Assembly (NCBI GenBank): GCA_034520965.1
Contig: JAXHMY010000001.1
Location: 160,001-224,000, forward strand
Length of the DNA stretch: 64,000 nt
Direction: 5' to 3'
Source: Spirochaetia bacterium
Lineage (GTDB): Bacteria; Spirochaetota; Spirochaetia; DSM-16054; Sediminispirochaetaceae
Part shown: piece by piece, positions 39,313-49,528 of the stretch
How the letters are laid out: the number at the start of each line of letters is the position of its first letter
How positions within the stretch are numbered: position 1 is the first letter of the stretch
Program-made: the position numbers and the translations under genes
Notes under the pieces: generated by a model
Databases searched by the model: none
What the model was told of the DNA's origin: nothing
Seen by the model: only the letters and a program-made list of their open reading frames with translations

Positions 39313-40346
39313 ACCTTTTTTTCCTTTCGGCTTTCTGCAGAAAATGTAAATAACGACCTTCTCGAGAGGATCAGCAGAACTATCGACCCCATGATAATCC
39401 AGGAAATGGAGGCGGGAACTCCGGCCTGGCGCTGCATACTAAGCGAACCCACCTGCAGGGCTGCTATACCAAGTCCCGCTGCCATTACGCCGAAGGGATT
39501 GTTCTTCCCAAGCAGCGCTACTATGATAGCAACATACCCGAAGCCCGGAGAGAAACCCTCTAGCAATTTATTGTGGATTCCTGCAATCTCTCCTACCCCG
39601 GCGATCCCTGCAAGTCCACCGCTAAGCAAAGATGATAAAACAATGTACTTCCGCACGGGTATTCCCGAGCATAGGGAAGCCCTTTGATTCAGCCCCACAA
39701 CCCTTAGCTTATAACCAGGGGCTGATTTCCACATCAGCACATAGACCAGCACCATAGCTATGACTGCTATGAGAAAACCGAGGTGTAGGCGCGTGGGATA
39801 CATGAGCATAGGAAAAATGTATCCATCCGGGAGCTGAGGCGACATCGGGAGTGGATATTCCGGGTCTTTTAACACTGAGCGTACAAGTATACCCAGGATG
39901 TTGATAGCGATGTAGTTGAACATGATGGTATTGATGACCTCTGAGATACCGAACCTGGCCTTCAAATAACCTGGAATAAGGGCCCATACCCCGCCGGCAA
40001 TGAATCCCGCTGTAATTCCCAAGAGAATAGCGAACACAGAGGGAAGACCGGGAAGGAGAAAGGCAATTGTTGTGACAGCAATAGCCCCTAAATAGATCTG
40101 CCCTTCAGCACCGATATTGATAAAACCGGTCTTGAAGCCAATAGAAACTCCGAGACCAGCCATAACCAGCGGGGTTGCCCGTACCAGCACCTCTGAGAAG
40201 CCGTACAATGATCCAAATATACCTCTGAAAAAACTCACAAATGATTCTTGTACATCGCTTCCGACAGATAGAATGAGTACTACCGACAACGCCAAGATAA
40301 TAACTATAATCAAGATGTATGAAAGTGCTGATTTCAACCGCTCCAC
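39309..40346 (-). CDS. Nucleoside/purine ABC transporter permease
   Basis: NIGAEGQ, EVINTIMFNYI, SGGLAGIAG. Confidence 0.9.
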   Translation of the reverse strand: MERLKSALSYILIIVIILALSVVLILSVGSDVQESFVSFFRGIFGSLYGFSEVLVRATPLVMAGLGVSIGFKTGFINIGAEGQIYLGAIAVTTIAFLLPGLPSVFAILLGITAGFIAGGVWALIPGYLKARFGISEVINTIMFNYIAINILGILVRSVLKDPEYPLPMSPQLPDGYIFPMLMYPTRLHLGFLIAVIAMVLVYVLMWKSAPGYKLRVVGLNQRASLCSGIPVRKYIVLSSLLSGGLAGIAGVGEIAGIHNKLLEGFSPGFGYVAIIVALLGKNNPFGVMAAGLGIAALQVGSLSMQRQAGVPASISWIIMGSIVLLILSRRSLFTFSAESRKEKKV

Positions 40347-41893
40347 TACTCTACCCGCCTTTCAGAACTACTCCCTGCTGACTCGCCGGCCATCAGACGT
40401 CCAAGGTAGTTTACGTCCACATTTCCATCGTTTTCAAGCACCGCCATTAGTCTCCCGTGGAACAACACAGCTATCCGGTCACTCAGCGAGAATATCTCGT
40501 CTAAATCGGCAGAAATAAGGAGAATACTGCTTCCAGAGGCCCTCCGCTCAAGGAGTTTCTGTCGCACAAACTCAGTGGCACCGATATCGAGCCCGCGTGT
40601 AGGGTGGAATGCTACAATCACCGGGGGAGATCCCGAGAGCTCACGGGCAAGGATCAGTTTCTGCTGGTTTCCTCCCGAGAGGTAGCGGACCGGTTTACCG
40701 GGCCCTGCAGTTTTTATGTTATAAGTGTCGATCATCTCTTTCGTGGCTTCATGTATACTCGCATATTTAATAAAACCTGATCTGACATACTCCCGCTTAG
40801 AATACATCCGAAGGAGCACATTTTCCCGCATGTCCATATCCATGATCAGTGCATCGTTCTGCCGGTCCTCGGCAATATACCCAAGTCCTAGGTCCTTCCT
40901 CTGCTGAATACTCGCCGAACTCACGTCCTTACCGAGGAGCCTGACTTTACCGGCGGAGCAATCCCTCACTCCCAGCACCACCTCGGCAAGATGCTTCTGC
41001 CCATTGCCGTCAACCCCCGCAATGCCGATCATCTCTCCTTTCCGGATGCTGAGGGAAAGCGGCCCCAGAACAGCTCTTCCATTCTCCTCTACCGCTAGTT
41101 CATCGAGACCTAAGCCCTCATCTTGAGGGGACACAACGTGAGGTGTCCGACTGATAGTCTTAAGTTCTCTCCCAATCATGTAGTGAGAAAGCTCAACGCT
41201 GTCCGTATCGGCGGTTTTTATAGTAGCTACGTTTCGTCCGTCCCTGAGAATTGTTACCCGGTCCGTAATTGCCAACACTTCTGGAATACGATGGGTAATG
41301 ATGATTACCGAATGACCTTCCTGCCGGAGCTTTTTCAGCACATCAAAGAAACGCTCGGTCTCTTGAGGTGTGAGAACTGCTGTTGGTTCATCAAGGATAA
41401 GAAGCTCAGCATTTCTATACAGAAGTTTGATAATTTCTACCCACTGTTCCCCACCGACAGAAAGAGAAGAGACTTTATCAGTAGGTGAGATGTTTACACC
41501 ATAGGTTCTGAGAATCTCGCAAATCTTCTCGTCTATGCTCCTACGGTTGGGAAAGGGATGCCCTTCGGACTTTAGACCGAGGGTTATATTCTGTGATACA
41601 GTGAGGGTCGGAACGAGCATGAAATGTTGGTGTACCATACCTATGCGATTATCAATAGCCTCACGGGGCGACTCAAAATGGACATCCTCCCCCTTCCAGG
41701 TGATTGTCCCGGCGTCCCGCTGATAGATTCCGTATAGGATATTCATAAGAGTTGTCTTTCCGGCGCCGTTCTCTCCTAAAAGGGCGTGAATTTCTCCCCG
41801 CTTCACCTCAAGTGAAACTTTGTCATTCGCCGCTTTTCCAAAAAAATACTTATCAATATCCTCCATCAAAAGGGTGCTGTCGGTACTCACCAT
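40346..41893 (-). CDS. ABC transporter ATP-binding protein (two ABC domains, nucleoside/CUT2 type)
   Basis: GENGAGKTT, MVHQHFML, LDEPTAVL, LSGGNQQK. Confidence 0.93.
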   Translation of the reverse strand: MVSTDSTLLMEDIDKYFFGKAANDKVSLEVKRGEIHALLGENGAGKTTLMNILYGIYQRDAGTITWKGEDVHFESPREAIDNRIGMVHQHFMLVPTLTVSQNITLGLKSEGHPFPNRRSIDEKICEILRTYGVNISPTDKVSSLSVGGEQWVEIIKLLYRNAELLILDEPTAVLTPQETERFFDVLKKLRQEGHSVIIITHRIPEVLAITDRVTILRDGRNVATIKTADTDSVELSHYMIGRELKTISRTPHVVSPQDEGLGLDELAVEENGRAVLGPLSLSIRKGEMIGIAGVDGNGQKHLAEVVLGVRDCSAGKVRLLGKDVSSASIQQRKDLGLGYIAEDRQNDALIMDMDMRENVLLRMYSKREYVRSGFIKYASIHEATKEMIDTYNIKTAGPGKPVRYLSGGNQQKLILARELSGSPPVIVAFHPTRGLDIGATEFVRQKLLERRASGSSILLISADLDEIFSLSDRIAVLFHGRLMAVLENDGNVDVNYLGRLMAGESAGSSSERRVE

Positions 41894-41929
41894 TCCTCCC
41901 GTCTTTTATTCTCGTTCATTCACAGAGAA

Positions 41930-41975
41930 GGTTTCCCGGTCAGTTGTAATGGTTGGAATACTCGACCGGGAAACC
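41930..41975. other. Intra-operonic stem-loop downstream of the binding-protein gene
   Basis: 12-bp inverted repeat GGTTTCCCGGTC...GACCGGGAAACC. Confidence 0.7.
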
Positions 41976-41994
41976 GTTTTTTATGACAAAAACC

Positions 41995-42999
41995 TTAAGA
42001 AGTCGGCTCCTCTATAATGGGCACATCGAAACTTCCATCGATGATCTGCTTTTTCATTTCAGAGATTTTAGTCTTGACTTCCTCGTCTATTTTTTCTTCG
42101 AAACCGTGGTAAGGGGCGATGTCAACTACACCTTCTTTCATACCCTGGTAGAATACTCCCCCTTCAAAGTTATCGTTCTTCACTTTTTCTACTGCGTTAA
42201 GAACAAGTTGGGGAACGCTGTAAATAGTGCTGCAGATAACAGTATCCGGGGCAATCGAACTCTGGTCCCAGGAATCTCCGGTGGCCATAAGTCCTCGTTC
42301 TTGAGCGGCCTTAATGACACCCGTTCCTGCCTGATTCGCCGAATGACTAAGCACGTCGGCCCCCTTATCAGCCATAGATAAAGCAGCTTCCTTTCCGAGT
42401 GAAACGTCGGTAAAAGAACCGATATACACGTCGTAAACTTCTATCGACGGATCGTAGTTCTTTGCACCAAGTTTGTATGCCTCGAGGATCTTCACGATAG
42501 AGGGCTGCTCAATGCCGCCGACTATTCCGAGTTTACCCGTTTCCGACATCGATGCGGCGAGGTAACCCATCAAGTATCCTGCCTCTTCACACGCTATTAC
42601 GTAGGAAGCCACGTTCTCAGACTGTGAGTTCGCCTCTATTGCCATGAAATTGGTGTTAGGGAATCGTGCCCCTACTTTCACTGCCGGCTCGCCGAATTGG
42701 TAACCGTGTCCGATTATCAAATCATAGCCCCTGGATGCATAGTCTGTGTAGGCGGCCTCACTGTCGGCAATCGAAACCTGTTCGGTGTAGGTGGTCTCAA
42801 TCCCGAATTTCTCTTCGGCCTCTTGGAGACCCTGCAGGGCTACTGCATTCCAGCCCTGGTCATTTGCAGGCCCCGACAGAAGGAGAGCGACCTTCATAGG
42901 ACCATCTCCCTTTTCACCCGATTCCTGCTGTCCCCCGGCAAATACCGTCGATACAGTGAACAGGAGCACCAAGCCAATCATCAGTAATCTCTTCATCAT
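41995..42999 (-). CDS. BMP/PnrA-family ABC substrate-binding protein
   Basis: DQGWN, GYDLIIGHG, GSFTD, GVIKAA; spirochaete-type FAGG signal peptide. Confidence 0.92.
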   Translation of the reverse strand: MMKRLLMIGLVLLFTVSTVFAGGQQESGEKGDGPMKVALLLSGPANDQGWNAVALQGLQEAEEKFGIETTYTEQVSIADSEAAYTDYASRGYDLIIGHGYQFGEPAVKVGARFPNTNFMAIEANSQSENVASYVIACEEAGYLMGYLAASMSETGKLGIVGGIEQPSIVKILEAYKLGAKNYDPSIEVYDVYIGSFTDVSLGKEAALSMADKGADVLSHSANQAGTGVIKAAQERGLMATGDSWDQSSIAPDTVICSTIYSVPQLVLNAVEKVKNDNFEGGVFYQGMKEGVVDIAPYHGFEEKIDEEVKTKISEMKKQIIDGSFDVPIIEEPTS

Positions 43000-43032
43000 T
43001 TTCCTCCTTGCATTGCTCTCGCAAAGCCCTTA

Positions 43033-44422
43033 CTAAAATTTGGAACTTTTTTCTCTTAGCACACGGGTGCAGACTTCCTCCGCCTCTCGCGCAAGGCGTG
43101 TTTCGTCTATACCCGTAAGAACTTCCATCGCTAAAAACGACTCTACCGTTCACCATGGTGAGCCACACCTCTCCAGTTACCCCGACTCGTGCAAGTAAAT
43201 TACCGGGGTCGTGGAGGGCCCCGGCGAGCTCAATGTTCTTGGTATCAATCATAAACAAATCAGCTCCCATCCCCGGCCCAAGTGACCCGAGGTCGCTGCG
43301 CCCCATCATTTGGCTCCCCCCTTTTGTAGCTATCTTTAACATCTCGTAGGCTGAAGGAGCTCCACCACGAGACTTGCTGTGGTAGGACTGCATGAGATAA
43401 GCCATCCGAAGTGAGTCAAGTATATTCGAGCTGTCATTGGTCGCAGATCCGTCACAGCCCAAGCTAAGGTTCATTCCATCCTTTTGCATTGCAGGAATGT
43501 CTATGATGGGGAAACCACCAAGTGTAGCAGGAGCAGGACAGTGGGAAAGGCCGGTGCCGGTTTCTGCCATTACCTTATACTCTTCAGGTGTGAGCTCCCA
43601 CCCATGGGCGTACCACACATCGGGCCCCGTAAAACCTATATCCTCGCACCATTCAAGGGTACGTACACCCCAACGATCTAGCATTGGCGAGTTCTCCCCT
43701 TCTCCCAGATGGGTGTGAAGGTATACTCCCTTCTCACGAGCCAAGTCCAGGGATTGTACAAAGGTGTCTTTATAACAGTTTATCGGTTGGCACGGAGATA
43801 TTACAATTTGCCCCATGCTGTAGGGTTCGGGATCGTGGTATAAGTCAATAAGCCTCTCACAATCGGCAATAAACTCCTCTGTAGTTTCGACCATCTCTTC
43901 GGGCACATTTCCGCCATCCTCATAAGGAAGAGTGTTGGCACCACGACCAGCGTGGTAACGGATTCCGAGCTGCCGTGCAGCTTCCATCTGACGGTCAACA
44001 AGCTGCTTACCTGCCGCCCTTGGATAACAGTATTGGTGGTCGAAGGCGGTGGTACAACCGTGTTTTATCAAGTCGGCCATCGCCGTTAAGGAAGAGTAAT
44101 AGATTACATCGGGATCGATAAGTTTAAAAATCTTGTATATTTCTCCTATCCAATCGAGGACCAGCATATTCGGGTAATCGATCGTGGTGAGGTTCCTTAC
44201 GAAGGTCTGAAAGAAGTGGTGATGTGTATTCACCATCCCCGGGTACACGAACTTCCCTCCCGCGTCAATTGTCTCATCTGCCGGCTCGTCAATCCCCTCG
44301 CCGATCTTTAGGATTTTAGGTCCTTCTATAAGAATGTCGCTATCATGATACACTTTATCGTTCTCATCGCAGCTTACAATTGCTGCCGCATTCTTTATAA
44401 GTACCGTCTTTTTGCCACTCAT
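43033..44422 (-). CDS. Metal-dependent amidohydrolase (8-oxoguanine deaminase/AtzB/SsnA-like); one extra base near 43123
   Basis: PGMVNTHHHFFQ, HTHLGE, WYAHG, LGCDGSATND; corrected C-terminus VLTGIDETRLAREAEEVCTRVLREKSSKF ending at 43033. Confidence 0.88.
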
Positions 44423-44472
44423 CTTCCTCTCCCCTCGTACACAATGCTATTAGTAGTTCAAGTATGTGACTG

Positions 44473-44503
44473 ATTATAAACCCTATAGTTACTATAGGTG
44501 CAA
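44473..44503 (-). promoter_or_regulatory. MerR-type promoter/operator
   Basis: TTGCAC-N19-TATAAT; dyad CCTATAGT-n-ACTATAGG (44482-44498) lies across the spacer. Confidence 0.88.
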
Positions 44504-44739
44504 GAGTAAAAATAAGTTTTTCATAATGATCCCTTCCTCTCTGTGGAGATAATTTGTCGGTTTCTGCAAAGGACATGGACAGAAAATCGAGACCAAAAGA
44601 GATGTCTCTACAACCGCCCGAATATTTGCTGTGTATTCCCAATATTCGATAGCATGTTGCAATTTTCCTTCGGTGCATTTTTGAAGCTTGACAGCAACGG
44701 TCAGTTCTTCTACCCTTTGGCCATTATAAGATAGAAAAA

Positions 44740-46595
44740 ATGAATATAACTAAATTGTTTCTGCTTCACCCAATATCTTTATACCTCAAGTTCACCTGCA
44801 TATGTATGCTGATGCTTTTGTATACCTTTTCCGCATACCCAGCTCCAACAGACCACGATCTGAGGGTACAAGAGGGTCATATCTCTCTATCGGGAAGCCC
44901 TAGTTCAGCTATTCTTGCCTTAAGCGGAGAATGGAATTTTCTGCCCAACCAGTTAGTTCGTACCCAGTCAGAATCGGATAAATGGACCCTCCTTCAGGTG
45001 CCCAGAGAGTGGAGCCGGGCTGTTAGCCCTGAAAATGGATTAGAGCTGGGAACCTATGCGCTCAACATACACGGGTTGGAACCGGGAACGGTGTATGCTG
45101 TCCACCTAGGGGAAATAGGGGCGGTAGCCCGTGTATTTGCCAACGGTCGGTTTATCGGAAAAACCGGCGAGCTTAATCCGGAACAGGGCAAACCACAGAT
45201 TTCCTTTGCCCGGCCTGTCTATTCTTTCATGCCCGCCAGGGCATCAACGAGTTAACCCTCCAGGTTGCCAACGGCGACCTTGCAGTTGGCGGTATGTGGC
45301 AAAAAATATTATTTGGTACCGCACATGCGGTCTATCAGCATAGATTGCTTCGAAGTGCCCTGGAAATGTTTTTTATAGGTGGAATTTTTCTACTCGGCAT
45401 GTACTATTTCTGGGTCTACCTTCTGTGGCCCGGCCGGCACTCCTCCCTGCTGCTTGCTTTATACAGTTTTTTAGTAGCCCTGAAGTCTATCTTTTCCGGA
45501 CAGCAGATAATTTTTACCACTTTGCCGAGCTTTCCCGATATGCTCGGAATCCGCCTGGCACACCTGGCCACAGTGATCTCCGTTCCTATTCTCTTGCAGT
45601 TTTTCCGCTATTTGTATCCCGGTATCACCGGGAAAACAGGCATTCGTTTAAGCTGCGGTGCCGCTCTCCTGCAATCGCTTATTATAGTGTTTTTTCCACC
45701 ACAGATTTTTCAGGCAACCGCATTTATGTACCACGGGGTTATTGCCCTGCATGTACCCTATGTAGCTTGGATTTTTTATCGAGCCAGACGGCGGGGAGAT
45801 TCCGGGGTACCTATAGGAGTTATCGGCTTTGCAGTGCTGCTGCTGACGGGAGCAAACGACATCCTCCATGACCAGGGCGTCATTCAAACCACATACATGT
45901 GGAACATCGGTTTTTTCTGCTTTCTCTTTGCCCAATCCATACTACAGGCGTATCGGTTCAGAACAATCAATGAAGAATCCGAGCAGGTAAAGCTGAATCT
46001 GAAACAGGCAGTTGCTAAGCGTACGGCTCAACTCACCCAGGAACGTAATAAACTATCCCACATAGCAAAAACCGACGGACTTACCGGGCTGCATAATCGA
46101 CGCTACGGAATGGAACAGCTGCAAAACGAGCTTAACCGTGTCAGGCGCTATGGGGGCTGCATGGTGGTTGCTCTGATAGATATTGATAATTTTAAGGTTA
46201 TTAACGATACCCATGGGCACCTTGCGGGTGATCAGGTCTTAACCAGGATAGGCAGCTTGTTTACCGAGGAACTGCGAAGGGTTGATTTTAGTGCCCGCTG
46301 GGGGGGAGAAGAGTTTCTGCTCTTTTTTCCCAATACCGATTTAGAAGAAGGGAAAATAGTGCTGGAGAAACTCCGTGAGTTCTTCAACAGCCACCTCTTT
46401 CACAGTAAAACCGAACCTTTCTCCGTAAGTTTCAGTTACGGCCTAAGCGACTTTAAGGGCGGGCAAGAGGAAGTGGAAGAAGTCCTGCAGCACTGCGACT
46501 ACGCCCTCTACCACGCCAAGGAAACCGGCCGAAACCGAGGGGTAATCTATTCGGAGGCGCTCCAACCGGCTACTTCATCGGAGCGGCCATCCTGA
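44740..46595 (+). CDS. 7TM-DISM diguanylate cyclase; frameshift near 45225
   Basis: LSGEWNF sensor domain, 7 TM helices, TDGLTGLHNRR, DIDNFKVINDTHGH, RRVD I-site, GGEEF; the two ORFs join if one T is restored. Confidence 0.88.
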
Positions 46596-46944
46596 TGTCT
46601 CGAATATTGCCCAGCATATCCAAACTGTAGCAGCGCTTTAAGGCAGGTTTTCTGTTGTGGTACTCTTGAACCACTAGAAAATCGGTGCAGGCGGGAATTT
46701 GGATAAGATCACCACAATCCAGTTTTCTCAGGAGCTTGCGGCTTTTCATCACTTTTTTCATTGAGTACTTCTTGCCGGTGGACGGCTCGTAGTAGGCCTC
46801 ATCCGGCCCTTTCGTATCCAGCGCCAGAATCTTCCAGACCACCTGTGCCCGGCGCCCTTCATCGTCAAGCACCTCGTAATTAAACTCGTCCACCTCAAGC
46901 AGCATGCCCGGCACAATCTCTATATCATTCCAAAAAAGTCCCAT
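46570..46944 (-). CDS. Hypothetical protein (124 aa)
   Basis: ORF from MGLFWNDIE; TATACT just upstream; the longer ORF would overlap the tRNA. Confidence 0.65.
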   Translation of the reverse strand: MGLFWNDIEIVPGMLLEVDEFNYEVLDDEGRRAQVVWKILALDTKGPDEAYYEPSTGKKYSMKKVMKSRKLLRKLDCGDLIQIPACTDFLVVQEYHNRKPALKRCYSLDMLGNIRDIRMAAPMK

Positions 46945-46989
46945 TGCCTGAGAGTATACACTGTATTGGGTAAAGCTAAAAAGGGGTAC

Positions 46990-47026
46990 AAAAAAAGAGC
47001 CCATGTGGTGGTGACCACAGGGGCTT
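46990..47026 (-). terminator. Intrinsic terminator downstream of tRNA-Val
   Basis: AGCCC..TGTGG/CCACA..GGGCT stem followed by a T run on the minus strand. Confidence 0.65.
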
Positions 47027-47055
47027 AATTCTTTATTAAGGAATGCTTTAACTTT

Positions 47056-47129
47056 TGGGCAGCACTGGATTCGAACCGGTGACCTCATGCGTGTCGAGCA
47101 TGCGCTCTAACCAACTGAGCTAGCCGCCC
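47056..47129 (-). tRNA. tRNA-Val(GAC)
   Basis: GGGCGGC acceptor, TAGCTCAGTTGGTTAGAGC D arm, CATGC-TCGACAC-GCATG anticodon arm, GGTTCGAATCC T arm; CCA not encoded. Confidence 0.96.
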
Positions 47130-47158
47130 CGATATTTTGGTACTACTTTATGAGCATC

Positions 47159-47187
47159 AATATGCCTTAAAACAAATTTTGTGTCAA
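47159..47187 (-). promoter_or_regulatory. Putative sigma70 promoter of tRNA-Val
   Basis: TTGACA-N17-CATATT. Confidence 0.55.
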
Positions 47188-47236
47188 GGTATACTTATTT
47201 TGGCTCACCATTATACTTTATCAAGGCAGCCACAGC

Positions 47237-47671
47237 TTATTTCAGGCTCATCAATATCCGCTCCAGGACCTTAGCCCGGTCGAGGGGTTTCACAATATAG
47301 TTTTTTGCCCCTATCATCAGAGACTTTTTTACTAAGTCCTGTTTTCCCAGGGCGCTGATCATTACAATTCTGGCCTCTTTATCGAATTCTAAAATCTTCT
47401 CCAGAGCGGTGACTCCATCCATTTTCGGCATGGTAATGTCCATGGTAACTAAATCCACGTTCGGGTACAGTTCCTTATACTTCTCAACACCCTGTGCACC
47501 ATCAGTGGCGGACCCGACAATTTCAAACCCCTCAGAGGTAAGAATTTGATTGATCTGTTTGGTAACAAACATTGAATCATCTACTATCAGCACCCGGTAG
47601 TTATCACCGCCTTCCTTGACTCCTTCGGGGCGGCGCTCATTTATGCTGGGAAAATCCGCTTTTGTCTTCAT
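47237..47671 (-). CDS. cheY: Chemotaxis response regulator (spirochaete CheY3 type)
   Basis: N-terminal extension, IVDDS, TMDITMPKMDG, YIVKP. Confidence 0.95.
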   Translation of the reverse strand: MKTKADFPSINERRPEGVKEGGDNYRVLIVDDSMFVTKQINQILTSEGFEIVGSATDGAQGVEKYKELYPNVDLVTMDITMPKMDGVTALEKILEFDKEARIVMISALGKQDLVKKSLMIGAKNYIVKPLDRAKVLERILMSLK

Positions 47672-47682
47672 TTTTCTTCCTC

Positions 47683-48147
47683 CTATGCCCTTTCCCGCAC
47701 AGCAACGTTAATTTCAATTTTACCTGCTTGCAATTCAACCGGTACAATCAACGCCTCTACTCCACTATTTGAAACTTCCATATTGTCTCCGGTGATAATT
47801 GCCGGAGGTGTAAGATCAAATTTGAAGCCGAGCTCATGCAGTTTGGTTACTGCCTGACCGGTTATCATGTTAGCCAGCTCAGAGATGGTTGCCTTTGCTA
47901 GATCATCCATTGTCTGAAGCTCTTCGCCGTTCATCTGCGATGCAATTGTCAATGCAACTGATTTCTTCATGTCAAACAAGACCCGTCCCTCTACATCGCC
48001 GGTTAAACCGACAATTACCGCCACACCAAGCACCGGCTGAGACGTTGACTTCAGAAATAACTCGCCTCTTTTTACTTCTTCGCTGAGTACTTCACGCAGC
48101 ACATTAAAAGCCGCTTCTACAAATGGGTTGATATATTCAACTCGCAT
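47683..48147 (-). CDS. cheX: CheY-P phosphatase
   Basis: MRVEYINPF, ISELANMITG, LTPP. Confidence 0.96.
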   Translation of the reverse strand: MRVEYINPFVEAAFNVLREVLSEEVKRGELFLKSTSQPVLGVAVIVGLTGDVEGRVLFDMKKSVALTIASQMNGEELQTMDDLAKATISELANMITGQAVTKLHELGFKFDLTPPAIITGDNMEVSNSGVEALIVPVELQAGKIEINVAVRERA

Positions 48148-48193
48148 GCTAAGTTACCTCCACCTCGTAGTCATTCAAAATTAGTTTTATCAT

Positions 48194-49507
48194 CTATCGC
48201 TTTCTATATGCACGTACCATTCCGTTTGAAATATCTTCAAACATATCCGAAACGAGCTCTTCCTGTCGCCCGAGTATCAGAATACCGCCGGGTTTTAATT
48301 TTTCGCTGAATTCCTGCGCCAAACCATCCTGCTCATCCTGCTTCTGAAATGAAAGGATATCACGGGCTACTATCAAATCAACCTCAGGAAATGGATTGGA
48401 GTGCAGTACATTATGAAATTCGAAAAAGATTGCATCCCTAATTTCTTTATTAAACTGTAAGCCGTTCTTTCCCTCGACGGTATAATCTTCGAACTCATCA
48501 GATAGATCGGCGGAAGAAAAAATCAAGTTAGGCGCAGTTGAAATATTCAGCAAATCGTTATCGTGGGCCCACACTTTCAATTGGCTGTTGGGGAAACTCT
48601 CCTTGAGGATAATCCCCAGAGAGTATGTTTCATACCCCGCGCCACAGCCCGGGTTCCACACCATCACATTGCCCTGCACCTGGAGCTGTTTGAGAATCTC
48701 TTTTACCGCACTACAGTAATCGTTTCCCCAAAAACCGCCTGAATAGGGCGAGTAAAAGGGCTGGAGAAATCGGTCGGCATCCTCCGCTTCCTGGAGCTGG
48801 ACTTCAGCACCTTCCTTCGTGCGCTGCTGTCGCCACTCCTCAAAGCGGCTGCGAACCCAATTACGGTTATATTCGGTTACGTGAAAACTACGGAAAGTTT
48901 GAAGGGTCTCGACCACAAAGGCGTAATCAGTTTCTCCGGATTTTTCCGCTTGGTCCTGCTCCGCCTCGGGTTCTCTGACCGGTTGCGTAACCAACTGAGG
49001 CTGAGCACTTGCTTCTTCCTCGTGGCGGGTGTCGCCCAAAATCTTTTCCACATCAAGAATTAAATAGAGGCGGCCCTCATTTTCAACGACCCCCTTAATA
49101 AACTTGATATTGATATCACCGAAAATCGGATGCGGCGGCTGAATAGATTCAGAATTAATTCCTACGACCTTATCGATTGAGTCGACAATAACCCCTATTA
49201 AGTAATCATCCAGCCGCAGGATTATCATATCCTCAAAACTGGCTTCTTCCCGCTTCGGGGCCGGCAGGTTAAACATTATTCGCAAATCAATAATCGATAT
49301 GATATCGCCGCGCAGGTTATATACCCCACGCACATACGGATCGGCATTAGGTACATAGGTAAAGCGTTTAGCCTTGGATATTTCCTTTACCTTCATTATA
49401 TCAATACCATAGTCTTTACCAGCTAAGGAAAAGGTGACCATCTTATAATCAATGTTCTCAACTTTTACAGCTTCTTCTTGTTTTAACTCGTCACTAATAG
49501 TGCTCAT
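48194..49507 (-). CDS. cheW: CheW-CheR fusion coupling protein (CheW3-like)
   Basis: N-terminal CheW (GVYNLRGDII), C-terminal CheR-like (WNPGCGAGYETYS, LIVARD). Confidence 0.93.
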   Translation of the reverse strand: MSTISDELKQEEAVKVENIDYKMVTFSLAGKDYGIDIMKVKEISKAKRFTYVPNADPYVRGVYNLRGDIISIIDLRIMFNLPAPKREEASFEDMIILRLDDYLIGVIVDSIDKVVGINSESIQPPHPIFGDINIKFIKGVVENEGRLYLILDVEKILGDTRHEEEASAQPQLVTQPVREPEAEQDQAEKSGETDYAFVVETLQTFRSFHVTEYNRNWVRSRFEEWRQQRTKEGAEVQLQEAEDADRFLQPFYSPYSGGFWGNDYCSAVKEILKQLQVQGNVMVWNPGCGAGYETYSLGIILKESFPNSQLKVWAHDNDLLNISTAPNLIFSSADLSDEFEDYTVEGKNGLQFNKEIRDAIFFEFHNVLHSNPFPEVDLIVARDILSFQKQDEQDGLAQEFSEKLKPGGILILGRQEELVSDMFEDISNGMVRAYRKR

Positions 49508-49528
49508 ACATCCTCACAAATTGAGTCT

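Noticed and set aside
42914..43123. Long amidohydrolase C-terminus overlapping the BMP gene
   Set aside because: Result of one extra base; the corrected frame ends at 43033 with a family-like tail
46945..47088. N-terminal extension of the 172-aa ORF
   Set aside because: Overlaps tRNA-Val and its terminator; ATG 46944 is the more plausible start
37430..47129. tRNA-anchored genomic island covering the purine operon and GGDEF gene
   Set aside because: No integrase and no duplicated tRNA 3' end seen; a compositional difference is only an impression and was not computed
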